DNA of 64,000 bases, taken from positions 1 through 64,000 of the forward strand of contig CAYPLO010000002.1 in assembly GCA_964411615.1 (NCBI GenBank), written 5' to 3'. Made by a program: the position numbers and the translations under genes. This stretch comes from an uncultured Aquificales bacterium (GTDB taxonomy: Bacteria; Thermosulfidibacterota; Thermosulfidibacteria; Thermosulfidibacterales; Thermosulfidibacteraceae). Positions 42,720-52,762 of the stretch are shown here, one piece after another. Position 1 is the first letter of the stretch. Every line of letters starts with the position of its first letter. A model generated the notes under the pieces. The model made no database searches and was not told the DNA's origin. It saw nothing but the letters and a program-made list of their open reading frames with translations.

Positions 42720-43580
42720 CTACTGAGCTTTACCTCCCTGCCCATGATGCTGCCTGTAGGGCACAGGTATGTACTGGACGGAGGATTTGGTGGTCATGGG
42801 CTGCTCGTAAAGGTCCATAAGGGCGTAGACTTCCTCAGGCATATCGGTGCTGACCTTTATGCCCAGCTCCTCAAGGTCACTCTTCATCAACGGATAGTCG
42901 TGGGTCCACCTGCCCTGGGAGAGTATCTCCGCCACCTCCTCGGCCCTCTTCTCCTCCCAGCCCTTGTGCATGAGTATCTCCTTAACCGTCTCCTTCATCT
43001 GGGCAAGGGCTTTCTTGGCAACGTCGGCCATTATCAGTGTGTTATCGTCTATCTTCTCAATGGGCTTCTTATCCAGAACGGCCGCTATGGAAGCGGCGGG
43101 CATCTGACCCAGCTGGGGGTCCACAGGACCGAGGACGGCGTTCTCGTCCATAACCACCTCATCTGCAGCAAGGGCTATCAGGGTGCCTCCTGACATGGCA
43201 AAGTGGGGAACGAACACAGTGACCTTGGCGGGATGCTTCATAAGGGCATGGGCTATCTGCTTTGCCGCAAGCACAAGCCCACCAGGGGTGTGGATGATAA
43301 AATCTATGGGCACATCCTTGGGCGTCATCCTTATGGCCCTCAGAACGCTCTCGGAATCCTCCATGTCTATGAACTTCATTATGGGGATACCGAGAAGGCT
43401 CCTGGACTCCTGCCTGTGTATCATGGTTATCACACGGGAACCCCTCTTCTTCTCAAGGCGCCTCATAACCCTTACCCTTGCAGCCTCCAGCATCCTCTGC
43501 CTCATGAGGGGCATGAAGGAGAGCAGTATGAGAAAGAGCCAGAAGAGGTCAAAGATGCTCACATGGGGCATGCTGTACAT
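42720..43580 (-). CDS. SDH family ClpP-fold serine protease (DUF114)
   Basis: N-terminal TM, IHRQE, HTPGG, AMSGGTLIAL, GPVDPQL, WTHDYP. Confidence 0.9.
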   Translation of the reverse strand: MYSMPHVSIFDLFWLFLILLSFMPLMRQRMLEAARVRVMRRLEKKRGSRVITMIHRQESRSLLGIPIMKFIDMEDSESVLRAIRMTPKDVPIDFIIHTPGGLVLAAKQIAHALMKHPAKVTVFVPHFAMSGGTLIALAADEVVMDENAVLGPVDPQLGQMPAASIAAVLDKKPIEKIDDNTLIMADVAKKALAQMKETVKEILMHKGWEEKRAEEVAEILSQGRWTHDYPLMKSDLEELGIKVSTDMPEEVYALMDLYEQPMTTKSSVQYIPVPYRQHHGQGGKAQ

Positions 43581-43613
43581 GAAACCACCTCCTCAAAAGC
43601 AGGTTTTAGTCTA

Positions 43614-43642
43614 AGGATAGACCCGAAGGCTGTTGATTACAA
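43614..43642 (-). promoter_or_regulatory. Putative sigma70 promoter for the SDH protease gene
   Basis: TTGTAA-17 nt-TATCCT upstream of a GAGGAGG SD. Confidence 0.5.
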
Positions 43643-43661
43643 TAGACAGTTGGTCTACCCT
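43633..43661 (+). promoter_or_regulatory. Putative sigma70 promoter for PAP2-murJ
   Basis: TTGATT-17 nt-TACCCT, ending 9 nt before ATG 43671. Confidence 0.45.
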
Positions 43662-43670
43662 TGACGGGCC

Positions 43671-44519
43671 ATGAGGATAAGGCCTGAGGAGGGACTGAAC
43701 CTTGCCTTTGCCGCTATCATGTCTGCACTGATACTCTGGAAGCATCAGCGCATAGACAACTGGGGAATCAAGCTCGCCGTCAATCTCTTAGTGTGCTGTA
43801 TAACGGTGGCAGCATCAAGGATAGAAGCCCGTGAAGGCTTCTGGTTCCACTTCAGAAACTGGTATCCGGGAGCCATGGTTCCCGTCTTCTTCATGAACCT
43901 CAAGGGGTTTGTGGAGGGGGTGAATCCGGTAAACTGGGACCTCTTCCTCATGCACGTGGACAAGACCCTGTTTCTGGGCAGGTACCCCGAACTGCTGATA
44001 GAAAAGCTCTACAATCCTCTCCTGAGCGAGGTACTACAGCTGGCCTACGTCTCCTACTTCTTCATCCCCATAATACTGGGACTGGGGCTTTACAGGAAAG
44101 ATGTGAGGATATTCAGAAGGTCAGCCACCGTGATTATCCTGACCTTCTACCTCTCCTACTTGGGCTACTTCCTCGTGCCAGCGGTGGGGCCCAGATTCGC
44201 CATGAAAGAGATGTTCCACAAAGAGATAAAAGGGCTGCTTCTCACCCCCTATCTGAAGGCGCTACTCAACAGGCTTGAGCCCACCCCCCACGACTGCTTC
44301 CCAAGCGGACACACAGCCGTATCCCTTGCGTGCCTCATACTGGCTGTAAAGTACAGAACCAGGGTGAAGATTCTTGCCCCCATGGTGATTGGCCTCATAA
44401 TGGCCACCGTATACCACAGGTACCACTATGTAGCGGATGTCCTTGCAGGTATACTGCTGGCCCTCGTATCCATTCCCCTGGGCGAAAGGCTCTTTGAGCT
44501 ATGGGAAAGGGAGAGATAA
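43671..44519 (+). CDS. PAP2 superfamily membrane phosphoesterase
   Basis: PAVGPR, FPSGH, RYHYVADV motifs; multiple TMs. Confidence 0.85.
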   Translation: MRIRPEEGLNLAFAAIMSALILWKHQRIDNWGIKLAVNLLVCCITVAASRIEAREGFWFHFRNWYPGAMVPVFFMNLKGFVEGVNPVNWDLFLMHVDKTLFLGRYPELLIEKLYNPLLSEVLQLAYVSYFFIPIILGLGLYRKDVRIFRRSATVIILTFYLSYLGYFLVPAVGPRFAMKEMFHKEIKGLLLTPYLKALLNRLEPTPHDCFPSGHTAVSLACLILAVKYRTRVKILAPMVIGLIMATVYHRYHYVADVLAGILLALVSIPLGERLFELWERER

Positions 44520-46045
44520 CCAGAAACACCCTCATATTCACCGCCTCCACCATGGCATCCAGGATACTGGGCTTCATAAGGGATATGCTAATAGCAGGAT
44601 ACTTCGGCGCAGGCAGTATCAGCGATGCCTTCTTTGTGGCCTTCAGAATACCCAACCTATTCAGGAGACTCTTAGGGGAGGGAGCCCTCTCCTCAGCTTT
44701 CATACCTGTATTCGCCCATGAAGAGGAGAGGGGCAAAAATATCGCAGAGATTATAAACAGTGCCTTCTGGTCCCTTCTGATGGTGCTCATACTCATCCTG
44801 GCAATAGGAGAACTCTTCACTCCTCAGCTTGTTTCCGTCATAGCCCCGGGATTCTTCAGGGACAGGGAACTCTTCACCTTAACCGTGAGACTGACGAAAA
44901 TCACCTTCCCCTACATCTTCTTCATGGGAAATGCCATACTGATTGGAGCCGCCCTCAACTACAGGAGGGATTTCCTGTACACCTCGCTGGCTCCGTGCCT
45001 GTTAAACATCTCTTTCATATTCTTCATACTGGTCCTCTACGGAAGATTTAAAGAACCCGTCTTCTGTCTTGCCTGGGCGGTCTTTGCAGGTGGTCTGTTA
45101 CAGCTGCTCTTTCACGTATATGGAGCGTACAGAGTAAAAGTCCTTCCCTCAGGATGGGCCAAGCCCTTCACAGAGCCTGTGATAAGGGCCATAAAGCTCA
45201 TGGGACCTGCCACAGTGGGGCTTGCCATTCACCAGATAAACACCCTGGTGGATACGGTCATAGCATCTCTGCTGCCTGCAGGTAGCATCTCCTATCTCTA
45301 CTACGCCAACAGGCTATTTCAGCTACCGCTGGCCCTGTTCGGCACAGCCACAGGCTACGTGCTGCTCCCCTACGCCTCAAGCTACGTCGCAAAGGGCAGA
45401 AGGGAGGAGCTGCTGGAGAACGCGAGATACGGGGTTGGATTCGTCCTATTCGTCACTCTGCCGGCCGCCTCAGGGCTTGTGGTCTTTTCCTTACCCATAG
45501 TTGACCTGCTGTTCAGAAGGGGCTCCTTCGGCATAGATAGCTCCAGTGCCACAGCCTACGCCTTGGCCATGTACGCCTTGGGACTTCCCGTCATCTCCAT
45601 CACAAAGGTGGTGGTGAGCCTCTTCCACGCCCACATGGACATGAAGACCCCGGTAAAGGCGGCAGCCATCGCACTTGTGGCAAACATACTGCTGAACCTG
45701 ATTCTCATGCACCCCCTAAAACACGCAGGACTGGCCCTGGCCACATCCTTAGCCTCAGTGGTTCAGACAGCCTTCCTGGTATCAAAACTCAGAAGGCACA
45801 GTATAAAACTTGGAGATTTAATCCCGCCACAGACCAAGAGGGTACTTGCAGCCAACGCAGCCTTAGTGGCCGCCATGCTCCTCATGGCACACCTGCTACC
45901 CTACAACACAGGATGGGAGCTTCCCAAAAGAATCTCGGCTGTGGCCACTTACATAGCCGCATCCGTGGCACTATACCTGGCGATGGCGTGGAGACTCAGG
46001 ATAGAGGTACTGAAAGAGATTGCACGCATAATCAGAAGACGATGA
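44501..46045 (+). CDS. murJ: Lipid II flippase
   Basis: SRILGFIRD, DAFFVAFRIPNLFRRLLGEGALS, YYANRLFQLP. Confidence 0.96.
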   Translation: MGKGEITRNTLIFTASTMASRILGFIRDMLIAGYFGAGSISDAFFVAFRIPNLFRRLLGEGALSSAFIPVFAHEEERGKNIAEIINSAFWSLLMVLILILAIGELFTPQLVSVIAPGFFRDRELFTLTVRLTKITFPYIFFMGNAILIGAALNYRRDFLYTSLAPCLLNISFIFFILVLYGRFKEPVFCLAWAVFAGGLLQLLFHVYGAYRVKVLPSGWAKPFTEPVIRAIKLMGPATVGLAIHQINTLVDTVIASLLPAGSISYLYYANRLFQLPLALFGTATGYVLLPYASSYVAKGRREELLENARYGVGFVLFVTLPAASGLVVFSLPIVDLLFRRGSFGIDSSSATAYALAMYALGLPVISITKVVVSLFHAHMDMKTPVKAAAIALVANILLNLILMHPLKHAGLALATSLASVVQTAFLVSKLRRHSIKLGDLIPPQTKRVLAANAALVAAMLLMAHLLPYNTGWELPKRISAVATYIAASVALYLAMAWRLRIEVLKEIARIIRRR

Positions 46046-46048
46046 CCC

Positions 46049-46462
46049 TCACTCCAGGGTCCTGAGTCCCCTCAGCATATCTTCAAACAGGGCAAGAACA
46101 TTTTCATTCGCTATTCTGTTGAATATCTCTTTCGCCATGTTGCTGTCGTACACATGCACAAGCAGGTTTCTACACTTTACCAGCTCATAAAGCTGGCCTT
46201 CCCACTTCTCAGATATGACACCTTCTTTTATCAAGTCAGCAAAACAGCTCTTGGGAGAGAAACATTCAATTCCCCTAACCTTCAAAAACTCCTTTGCCAC
46301 CTTCCAGGCAGCCTCATAGGTGTATTCAAACCTTTTCGTAACTATCTCAATGAGAAACTCTTCACTCAACACTTTAGAAAGAGCCGGCAGGGAATCCACT
46401 ATCTCCCTGTATCTTCCCAAAGCCTTCTCAAATCTTTCAAGAGCCCTTCTGAACCTTTCCAA
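46049..46462 (-). CDS. HEPN-domain protein (HI0074-like), putative RNase toxin
   Basis: RFEYTYE.AWK, SPK, RNLLVHVY (RX4HXY). Confidence 0.85.
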   Translation of the reverse strand: MERFRRALERFEKALGRYREIVDSLPALSKVLSEEFLIEIVTKRFEYTYEAAWKVAKEFLKVRGIECFSPKSCFADLIKEGVISEKWEGQLYELVKCRNLLVHVYDSNMAKEIFNRIANENVLALFEDMLRGLRTLE

Positions 46463-46758
46463 ATCAAACCCTCCTCAAGGACCCTCTTAACAAATCCTCT
46501 ATCCTTTACAACGGCAAGGTCCACAAGGTCCACATCCCTCAGGATGGGAAGCTCTTCTATCCTATCCATGATATCAACATACTCCCTGCCTGTAAGCTCC
46601 CTACCACAGTACACCGCAACATCTATATCGGAACTCCTACCGAAATCCTTCCTCAGCACAGACCCAAAAAATACAATAAGGCAATCCATACCGCCAAGGG
46701 CCTCCTCCACAGCCCTTCCAACCATCTCTATGTAGTCTCTACGGCTCACATGGCGCAA
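46399..46758 (-). CDS. Minimal nucleotidyltransferase (MntA-like antitoxin)
   Basis: FGSVLRKDFGRSSDID = GSX10DXD; VDLVDL. Confidence 0.85.
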   Translation of the reverse strand: MRHVSRRDYIEMVGRAVEEALGGMDCLIVFFGSVLRKDFGRSSDIDVAVYCGRELTGREYVDIMDRIEELPILRDVDLVDLAVVKDRGFVKRVLEEGLIWKGSEGLLKDLRRLWEDTGR

Positions 46759-47744
46759 CGGATGATACCCCCTGCGATAACCTTCCCCGTATCATCGTAG
46801 ATGCACGCAACCTGGCCCGGTGTGACGGCCCTCTGGGGTCTCTCAAACTCAACCCTCCCATCAGGATAGACCAGTGCCCTTGCCGGGGTATGCTGGTGCC
46901 TTATCTTCACCCATCCCCAAAAAGGAGCTCTTCTATTTTCGTACCAGTTCAGGTCTTCAACCTCCATGGACTTAGAGTAAAGCTCCTCTTCAGGACCAAG
47001 AACAACCGTGTTCTCCTCCGGGATTATCTTCACAACGTACATGGGCCTTCCCAGGGAGACACCAAGCCCCCGCCTCTGGCCTATGGTGAAGAGGAAGAAG
47101 CCCCTATGCTCTCCCAGAAACCTTCCAGAGGAGTCCACAAGCCTGCCCGGCCTCTCCCCCACTCTGCTGAGAAGGAACCGCCTGTAGTCGGTCCCCCTAA
47201 GGAAGCAGACCTCCTGGCTCTCCGCCGAGTTAATCCCCAGCTCCGCCATACGGCTTCTGACATGGCTTTTCTTCTCCCCACAGAGGGGAAACTCAACACC
47301 ATCAAGACTCCTACTCTCAACTAAACAGAGGAAATAGCTCTGGTCCTTAGCGGTATCCCTGGCCCTTGACAACACACCATCCTTCAGGCAGGCGTAGTGG
47401 CCTGTGGCGAAAAGCTCAGCCCCCCAGAGCCCAGCCTCCTCTTTGAGAAGGCCGAACTTAACCCTTCTGTTGCATACGGCACAGGGGTTGGGGGTCCTTC
47501 CCGCCAGATACTCCCTAACAAAGTAGTCCACCACCAGCTCCTCAAAGGGTTCCCTCAACCTGACCACATGCAGGGGGATACCCAAGGTGAAGGCCACCCT
47601 CTTGGCTTCGTCAGCGTGGTGTCTTCCCAGTCCAATATCCATGAAGAGACCAAAGACCCTGTAACCCTTAGAGATGAGCTTCAGGGCAGCAAAGGCGGAA
47701 TCCACACCTCCACTTAAGGCCACAACGGCTACTCTGTCAGGCAT
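46746..47744 (-). CDS. mnmA: tRNA 2-thiouridine(34) synthase
   Basis: ALSGGVDS, TPNPCAVCN, ATGHY, KDQSYFL, ESQEVCF, TIGQRRG, TPGQ. Confidence 0.95.
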   Translation of the reverse strand: MPDRVAVVALSGGVDSAFAALKLISKGYRVFGLFMDIGLGRHHADEAKRVAFTLGIPLHVVRLREPFEELVVDYFVREYLAGRTPNPCAVCNRRVKFGLLKEEAGLWGAELFATGHYACLKDGVLSRARDTAKDQSYFLCLVESRSLDGVEFPLCGEKKSHVRSRMAELGINSAESQEVCFLRGTDYRRFLLSRVGERPGRLVDSSGRFLGEHRGFFLFTIGQRRGLGVSLGRPMYVVKIIPEENTVVLGPEEELYSKSMEVEDLNWYENRRAPFWGWVKIRHQHTPARALVYPDGRVEFERPQRAVTPGQVACIYDDTGKVIAGGIIRCAM

Positions 47745-48721
47745 CAGGAGGCGGAAATAACCCCTTTCTCCTTAAGTATCTGCTCCACCTTAAGGGCAAC
47801 CTTTAGAGACCTCAGCTCGTCGTCCACACTCACCATCCTCCTGGAGTTGCCGAAGGCCAAGTCTATAAAGTGCATGAGCTCAAGCTTCAGGGGGTTGCCC
47901 TTGTGGACGAATACCTGCTCTATGATGGAGCTCTGTTTGTACCTGAGCTGGTCCTTGAGCCTCACAGCCTCTGAGTAGGCCTGCCTGTGTATGTGTATGT
48001 CCTGCTCGGTGAAGTTGAGGAACACGTAAAAGTCCCTTTCGGAGACCGCCATAGTCCTTATCTTGTGCTGGGTAACCCTGCTGGCGGTGAGAGTAGCCAC
48101 ACAGCCGCTCTCAAAGCGTATCTGCACATTGGCCACATCACAAACGGGGGTGTAGTAAGACAGGCCCACGGCGTCTATCTCCTTAACGGGGGACCTGGCC
48201 AGCCTCAGAACTATATCTATGTCGTGAATCATCAAATCCAGAACCACGCTGTCCTTAGCCACCCTCGGGGTGAAGGGGCCAAGCCTCCTGGACTCTATGA
48301 GCAGAGGCTCGCTCACTATGTTCATAAGCTCCTGGACGGCTCCGTTAAACCGCTCCACATGCCCCACACAGAGGACAACCCCCGCCCTTTCAGCGGCAGA
48401 GAACATCTCAACGGCCTCTTCAAGGGTGTAGGCGATGGGCTTCTCCACAAGGACATGAACCCCACGCTCTATGCAGTCCATCACCACAGGGTAGTGGAGG
48501 GCGGTGGGAACAGCCACACTAACAACATCCACCTTATCCAGAAGTTCCCTGTAATCGGTGTATCCGGGCACATCGTACCTGTCGCATATGACCTTGAGGC
48601 GCTCCTCGTTCACATCGGCCACGCCCACCAGGTCCACGTAGTATATCTCCGTGTAAGCGCCGCAGTGATACTCGCCCATCCTGCCGACACCTATAACCCC
48701 TGCCCTAACCCTCCTTTGCAA
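47744..48721 (-). CDS. Gfo/Idh/MocA oxidoreductase, GnnA-like (UDP-GlcNAc 3-dehydrogenase candidate)
   Basis: [26 protein letters not shown]; coupled to lpxA. Confidence 0.75.
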   Translation of the reverse strand: MQRRVRAGVIGVGRMGEYHCGAYTEIYYVDLVGVADVNEERLKVICDRYDVPGYTDYRELLDKVDVVSVAVPTALHYPVVMDCIERGVHVLVEKPIAYTLEEAVEMFSAAERAGVVLCVGHVERFNGAVQELMNIVSEPLLIESRRLGPFTPRVAKDSVVLDLMIHDIDIVLRLARSPVKEIDAVGLSYYTPVCDVANVQIRFESGCVATLTASRVTQHKIRTMAVSERDFYVFLNFTEQDIHIHRQAYSEAVRLKDQLRYKQSSIIEQVFVHKGNPLKLELMHFIDLAFGNSRRMVSVDDELRSLKVALKVEQILKEKGVISAS

Positions 48722-49490
48722 AGGCGGCCACCCCCCTCTTGGTGGTCTTCACAAACTCCACGAACCTCCTCACCTCTTCCGAATCCAGCTCCTTCTCTAT
48801 AATCTCAATGGCGTGGGACCTGTTGAGCCCCCTCCTGAAGTATATATCAAAGGCCCGCTTTATCTGCAGCCTCGCCTCCGGGGATATACCAGCTCGCCTC
48901 ATACCCACCACATTAAGTCCCACCACCTTGGCGGGTCTTCCGGCTGCCACGCAGTAAGGGGGAATATCCTGCCCGGGGAAGGAGCCACCGGAGATGAAGG
49001 CAAGCTCCCCTATGCGGACGAACTGGTGTATGCCCACATGGCCGGAGACTATGGCCCTGTCCCTTATCTCAACGAACCCCGATATGCCCGCATAGTTGGT
49101 CACTATCACTCCATCCCCTATGAGGCAGTCGTGGGCTATATGGGAGTAGGCCATTATGTAGCAGTTGCTGCCAACCACTGTGGCCTCACCCTCCCTTGAA
49201 GCACGATGTATGGTGACGAACTCCCTTATGGTGTTGTTATCCCCTATAACCACGTAGCTATCCCAGCCTCTAAAGGAGATATCCTGCGGGTCCCCACCAA
49301 GCACAGCCCCATAACCCACGTAGTTGTTCTTACCCATGCGAACCCAGGAGGTGATGACTGCGTGGGCCTCCACAACGGTGCCATCTCCCACCACCGCACC
49401 GGACTGGATGAAGGCGTAGGGGCCCACCCTCACCCCATCTCCCAGAACAGCCCCCTCTTCAACAACGGCGGTGGGATGTATATGGGGCAT
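48705..49490 (-). CDS. lpxA: Acyl-ACP:UDP-GlcNAc(3N) acyltransferase
   Basis: IHPTAVV hexapeptide repeats, [32 protein letters not shown]. Confidence 0.9.
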   Translation of the reverse strand: MPHIHPTAVVEEGAVLGDGVRVGPYAFIQSGAVVGDGTVVEAHAVITSWVRMGKNNYVGYGAVLGGDPQDISFRGWDSYVVIGDNNTIREFVTIHRASREGEATVVGSNCYIMAYSHIAHDCLIGDGVIVTNYAGISGFVEIRDRAIVSGHVGIHQFVRIGELAFISGGSFPGQDIPPYCVAAGRPAKVVGLNVVGMRRAGISPEARLQIKRAFDIYFRRGLNRSHAIEIIEKELDSEEVRRFVEFVKTTKRGVAAFAKEG

Positions 49491-49492
49491 CT

Positions 49493-50827
49493 CTATTCCT
49501 TAACAGCCTGGTTGGCAGCAATGCTCAGGGGGTCCCAGGCCGGAGAGAAGGGAGGTGAGTAGGCCATATCCGTGTTCTTCAGGTCCTCAACGGTGCCTCC
49601 TCTGCATATGAGGGCCGACAGCACATCTATACGCTTGACAGCGGTGTAATGGCCCACTATCTCCCCACCAAGCAACCTCCCTGTGGACTTATCCCAGATG
49701 AGCTTAACCCATATATCGCTGGCCCCCGGATAGTAGTGGGCCCTGTCCTTAGCCTTTATCCTAACAGAGGCGCAGTCTATGCCCCGCTTCCTGAGTTCCG
49801 CCTCCACGAAACCGGCCCTGGCAAAGCCCCAGTCAAAGAGCTTGAAGACGGAAGCCCCGGAGACCCTGGGCATAACCGCATTTCCCCCCGCCACATTGGT
49901 CCCGGCAACCCTGCCGTGCCTGTTGGCTATACTGCCGAAGGGAAGATAGACAGGCTCACCGTTAACGGCGCTGTAGCAGTGGGTGCAGTCGCCAGCCGCA
50001 TACACATGTTCAGCGGAGGTTCTCATGTGCTCATCCACCTTAACGGCACCTGCCACGGAGAGCTCAAGACCCATGGCTCTGGCAAGCTCGCTGTTGGGAA
50101 CAACACCGATGGCCACAAGGACCATGTCCACCTTCACCCTGTCCCCTGAGGTGAGAACAAGCTCCTCAACCTTATCCCTTCCTAAGAATTCTGCCACATT
50201 CACTCCCCACAAACGCTCAACCCCATGCCCATCCATGAGGGAGGGAACCATCTCCACCATGTCCGCATCAAACTTGGAGGGCACATGGTCACCCCTGTAT
50301 ATGTGAAACACCTTAAAGCCCCTCTTGGCAAAGGCCCCCACAAGCTCAAGGCCTATAAAGCCCCCTCCCACCACCGCCACCCTCTCAACTCTCTCTTCCC
50401 TCATGTAGGCGTCTATGGCGAGAAGGTGGGGAAGCCCCTTAAGGACAAAGACCCCTCTCAGGTCCTCCCCAGGAACGTTCAGTCTGCGCGGAACGGCACC
50501 TGTGGCAAGAACCATCCTGTCAAAAGCGTATTCAACCCTCTCGTCCTTAGACTCGGCGACAAGCTTACCCTTGCTAAGGTCCACCTCAACGACCCTGTAT
50601 CCAACCTTCACATGGATACCTGTCCTCTCAAAGTCCTCAGGCCTTCTGACCACAAATGCGTAAGGGTCATCTATCTCACCGGCCAAGAAGTAGGGCATGC
50701 CACAGGCTCCAACGGATACAAAGGGAGAAGCCTCAAATATGGTTATCTCAGCATCCCTGGCAGTTCTTCTCGCCTTGGCAGCGGCAGAGGTGCCACCTGC
50801 TATTCCTCCAACAACGGCTATCCTCAT
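49493..50827 (-). CDS. CoA-disulfide reductase / NADH oxidase family flavoprotein
   Basis: GGIAGG, single-Cys [31 protein letters not shown]. Confidence 0.85.
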   Translation of the reverse strand: MRIAVVGGIAGGTSAAAKARRTARDAEITIFEASPFVSVGACGMPYFLAGEIDDPYAFVVRRPEDFERTGIHVKVGYRVVEVDLSKGKLVAESKDERVEYAFDRMVLATGAVPRRLNVPGEDLRGVFVLKGLPHLLAIDAYMREERVERVAVVGGGFIGLELVGAFAKRGFKVFHIYRGDHVPSKFDADMVEMVPSLMDGHGVERLWGVNVAEFLGRDKVEELVLTSGDRVKVDMVLVAIGVVPNSELARAMGLELSVAGAVKVDEHMRTSAEHVYAAGDCTHCYSAVNGEPVYLPFGSIANRHGRVAGTNVAGGNAVMPRVSGASVFKLFDWGFARAGFVEAELRKRGIDCASVRIKAKDRAHYYPGASDIWVKLIWDKSTGRLLGGEIVGHYTAVKRIDVLSALICRGGTVEDLKNTDMAYSPPFSPAWDPLSIAANQAVKE

Positions 50828-52752
50828 CCCTTCAGAACCTCCCTTATGGTCTCAACCAGGTGGTCCACAGAGAGCCCTTCAACCTTGTATAGATTCTCCG
50901 GGACATCGGAGGGGGCGTACCTCCTAACCCCCATCTTCACAAGTCTGACGAATCTTCCAAGCTCCATGAGCCTATCGGCCACTATCGTTCCCAGACCAGA
51001 GGATATATGGTGGTCCTCATAAACCACAATGGGCCCCTCCTCGCCCCATCTGGCTATGGCCTCAACATCGGGCTCAAGGACACAGGGGACATTCACAACC
51101 CTAACCTCCACCCCCTCGGCCCTCAAAAGGTCAGAGGCCTTTACGGCCCTGTGGAGCATATTCCCGTAGGAGAGGACCGTCACATGATGCCCTTCTCTGA
51201 GCACATCCATCTTACCGTATTCAAAACGGTAGTCTCCACCAAAGAAGGGCCTTCCATCCTCATCCAGCAGTATGGGCTGAGACTCCCTTCCCATTCCCAC
51301 CACATAGTTACCGTAACGGGAGAGGACGTATCTCACAACCCTGTCCATCTGGTTCGCATCGGCGGGGATTATCAGTCGGTAGCCAAATAGATTCCTGATG
51401 AGGCCTATGTAGTCTATGCAGTGGTGGGTCTTGCCGTCCTGCCCCACGTCAAGGCCCAGGTGTGTGAGTATAAGTTTCAGGTTGGTGCAGTTTATATCGT
51501 TGAGTCTGTGCTGGTTGTAGGTTTCATCAATGCCAAACACACCAAAGTCGGCAAAAACAGAGATGACACCGCACACCGAGGCAGCACCGGCAACGGTGGC
51601 GGTGTTGTGCTCCTGAACCCCCATCTCAAAGAAGAATTCTGGTAGCTCCCTGGCAAACCACCCCGTCCTCACAGAATCCATGAGGTCACAGTCAAAGACA
51701 ACTACGGGGGTTCTACCCTCAACCCCGCAGTTCCTCCTTCCCACATCAAGCAGGGCCTTTCCAAAGGCGGCCCTGTTGTCCACCTTATCCTCCGGGGTAT
51801 AGGTGAAGGGCTCCCCCACATCCAGGTTTACGGGGTACTTCCTGCAAGCGTCCACCTTACCCTTTATGTCTCTGCTCACCCTTATATTTCTATAATGGTC
51901 CCTGTCGTTTTCTATGCTCAGCTCCTCAAAGGCCCTCTTTATCTCATCCTCCTTAAGGGCCCTGCCGTGGTACTGCTCGTCGTCCTCCATGAAAGAGACC
52001 CCCTTGCCCATAACGGTGCGGGCTATAACGGCATAGGGAGCGGTCCTGTCCTCAACGGCCCTCTTTATGGCGCTGTAGAGCTGGGCATGGTCGTGGCCAT
52101 CAACCTCAATAACCTTCCAGCCGTCGGCCTCGTAGTTGGCCCTTATATCCATGGGCATAACGTCCATGAAGTTGCCCGATATCTGCTTGTTGTTGTAGTC
52201 TATAACCACCGTGATATCGTTCAAACCAAACTTCCTCACGAACTTACGGGCCTCTGAGACCTGCCCCTTAACCTGCTCCGCATCGGACATGAGCACAAAG
52301 GTGTGGTAATCCAGCCCCCTCACCTTTGCAGCAAGGGCAAAGCCGGCACCGGCAGAGAGGCCCTGCCCCAGGTTTCCTGTGGACCACTCAACCCCCGGAA
52401 TGGCCCTCTCCACATGCCCCTCAAAGATGCTACCAGCCCTTCTGAAGGTGGCTATGGCCTCATGGACATCAAAGAAGCCGAGCCTTCCCAGAACCGCATA
52501 CACGCCGGGGGAGGTGTGGCCGTGGCTCACAACCACCCTGTCCCTCAACTCATTATCAGGGTCATCGGGGAAGAGGCGGGCATAGGAGAAGACCACCAGG
52601 TATATATCCAGGGAAGAGATGGCACCCCCCGGATGCCCGCTACCCGCTATGTTGGTCATCTTCAGGATGTCTCCCTTGCAGAGACGGGAGAGTTCCTTAA
52701 GCCTCTTAACCTCTTCAGGGGGAAGCTCAGGATAGGCGAACCTCTCCTTCAA
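50824..52752 (-). CDS. tkt: Transketolase (single chain)
   Basis: [35 protein letters not shown] start with AGGAGG SD. Confidence 0.85.
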   Translation of the reverse strand: MKERFAYPELPPEEVKRLKELSRLCKGDILKMTNIAGSGHPGGAISSLDIYLVVFSYARLFPDDPDNELRDRVVVSHGHTSPGVYAVLGRLGFFDVHEAIATFRRAGSIFEGHVERAIPGVEWSTGNLGQGLSAGAGFALAAKVRGLDYHTFVLMSDAEQVKGQVSEARKFVRKFGLNDITVVIDYNNKQISGNFMDVMPMDIRANYEADGWKVIEVDGHDHAQLYSAIKRAVEDRTAPYAVIARTVMGKGVSFMEDDEQYHGRALKEDEIKRAFEELSIENDRDHYRNIRVSRDIKGKVDACRKYPVNLDVGEPFTYTPEDKVDNRAAFGKALLDVGRRNCGVEGRTPVVVFDCDLMDSVRTGWFARELPEFFFEMGVQEHNTATVAGAASVCGVISVFADFGVFGIDETYNQHRLNDINCTNLKLILTHLGLDVGQDGKTHHCIDYIGLIRNLFGYRLIIPADANQMDRVVRYVLSRYGNYVVGMGRESQPILLDEDGRPFFGGDYRFEYGKMDVLREGHHVTVLSYGNMLHRAVKASDLLRAEGVEVRVVNVPCVLEPDVEAIARWGEEGPIVVYEDHHISSGLGTIVADRLMELGRFVRLVKMGVRRYAPSDVPENLYKVEGLSVDHLVETIREVLKG

Positions 52753-52762
52753 GGGACCCCTC

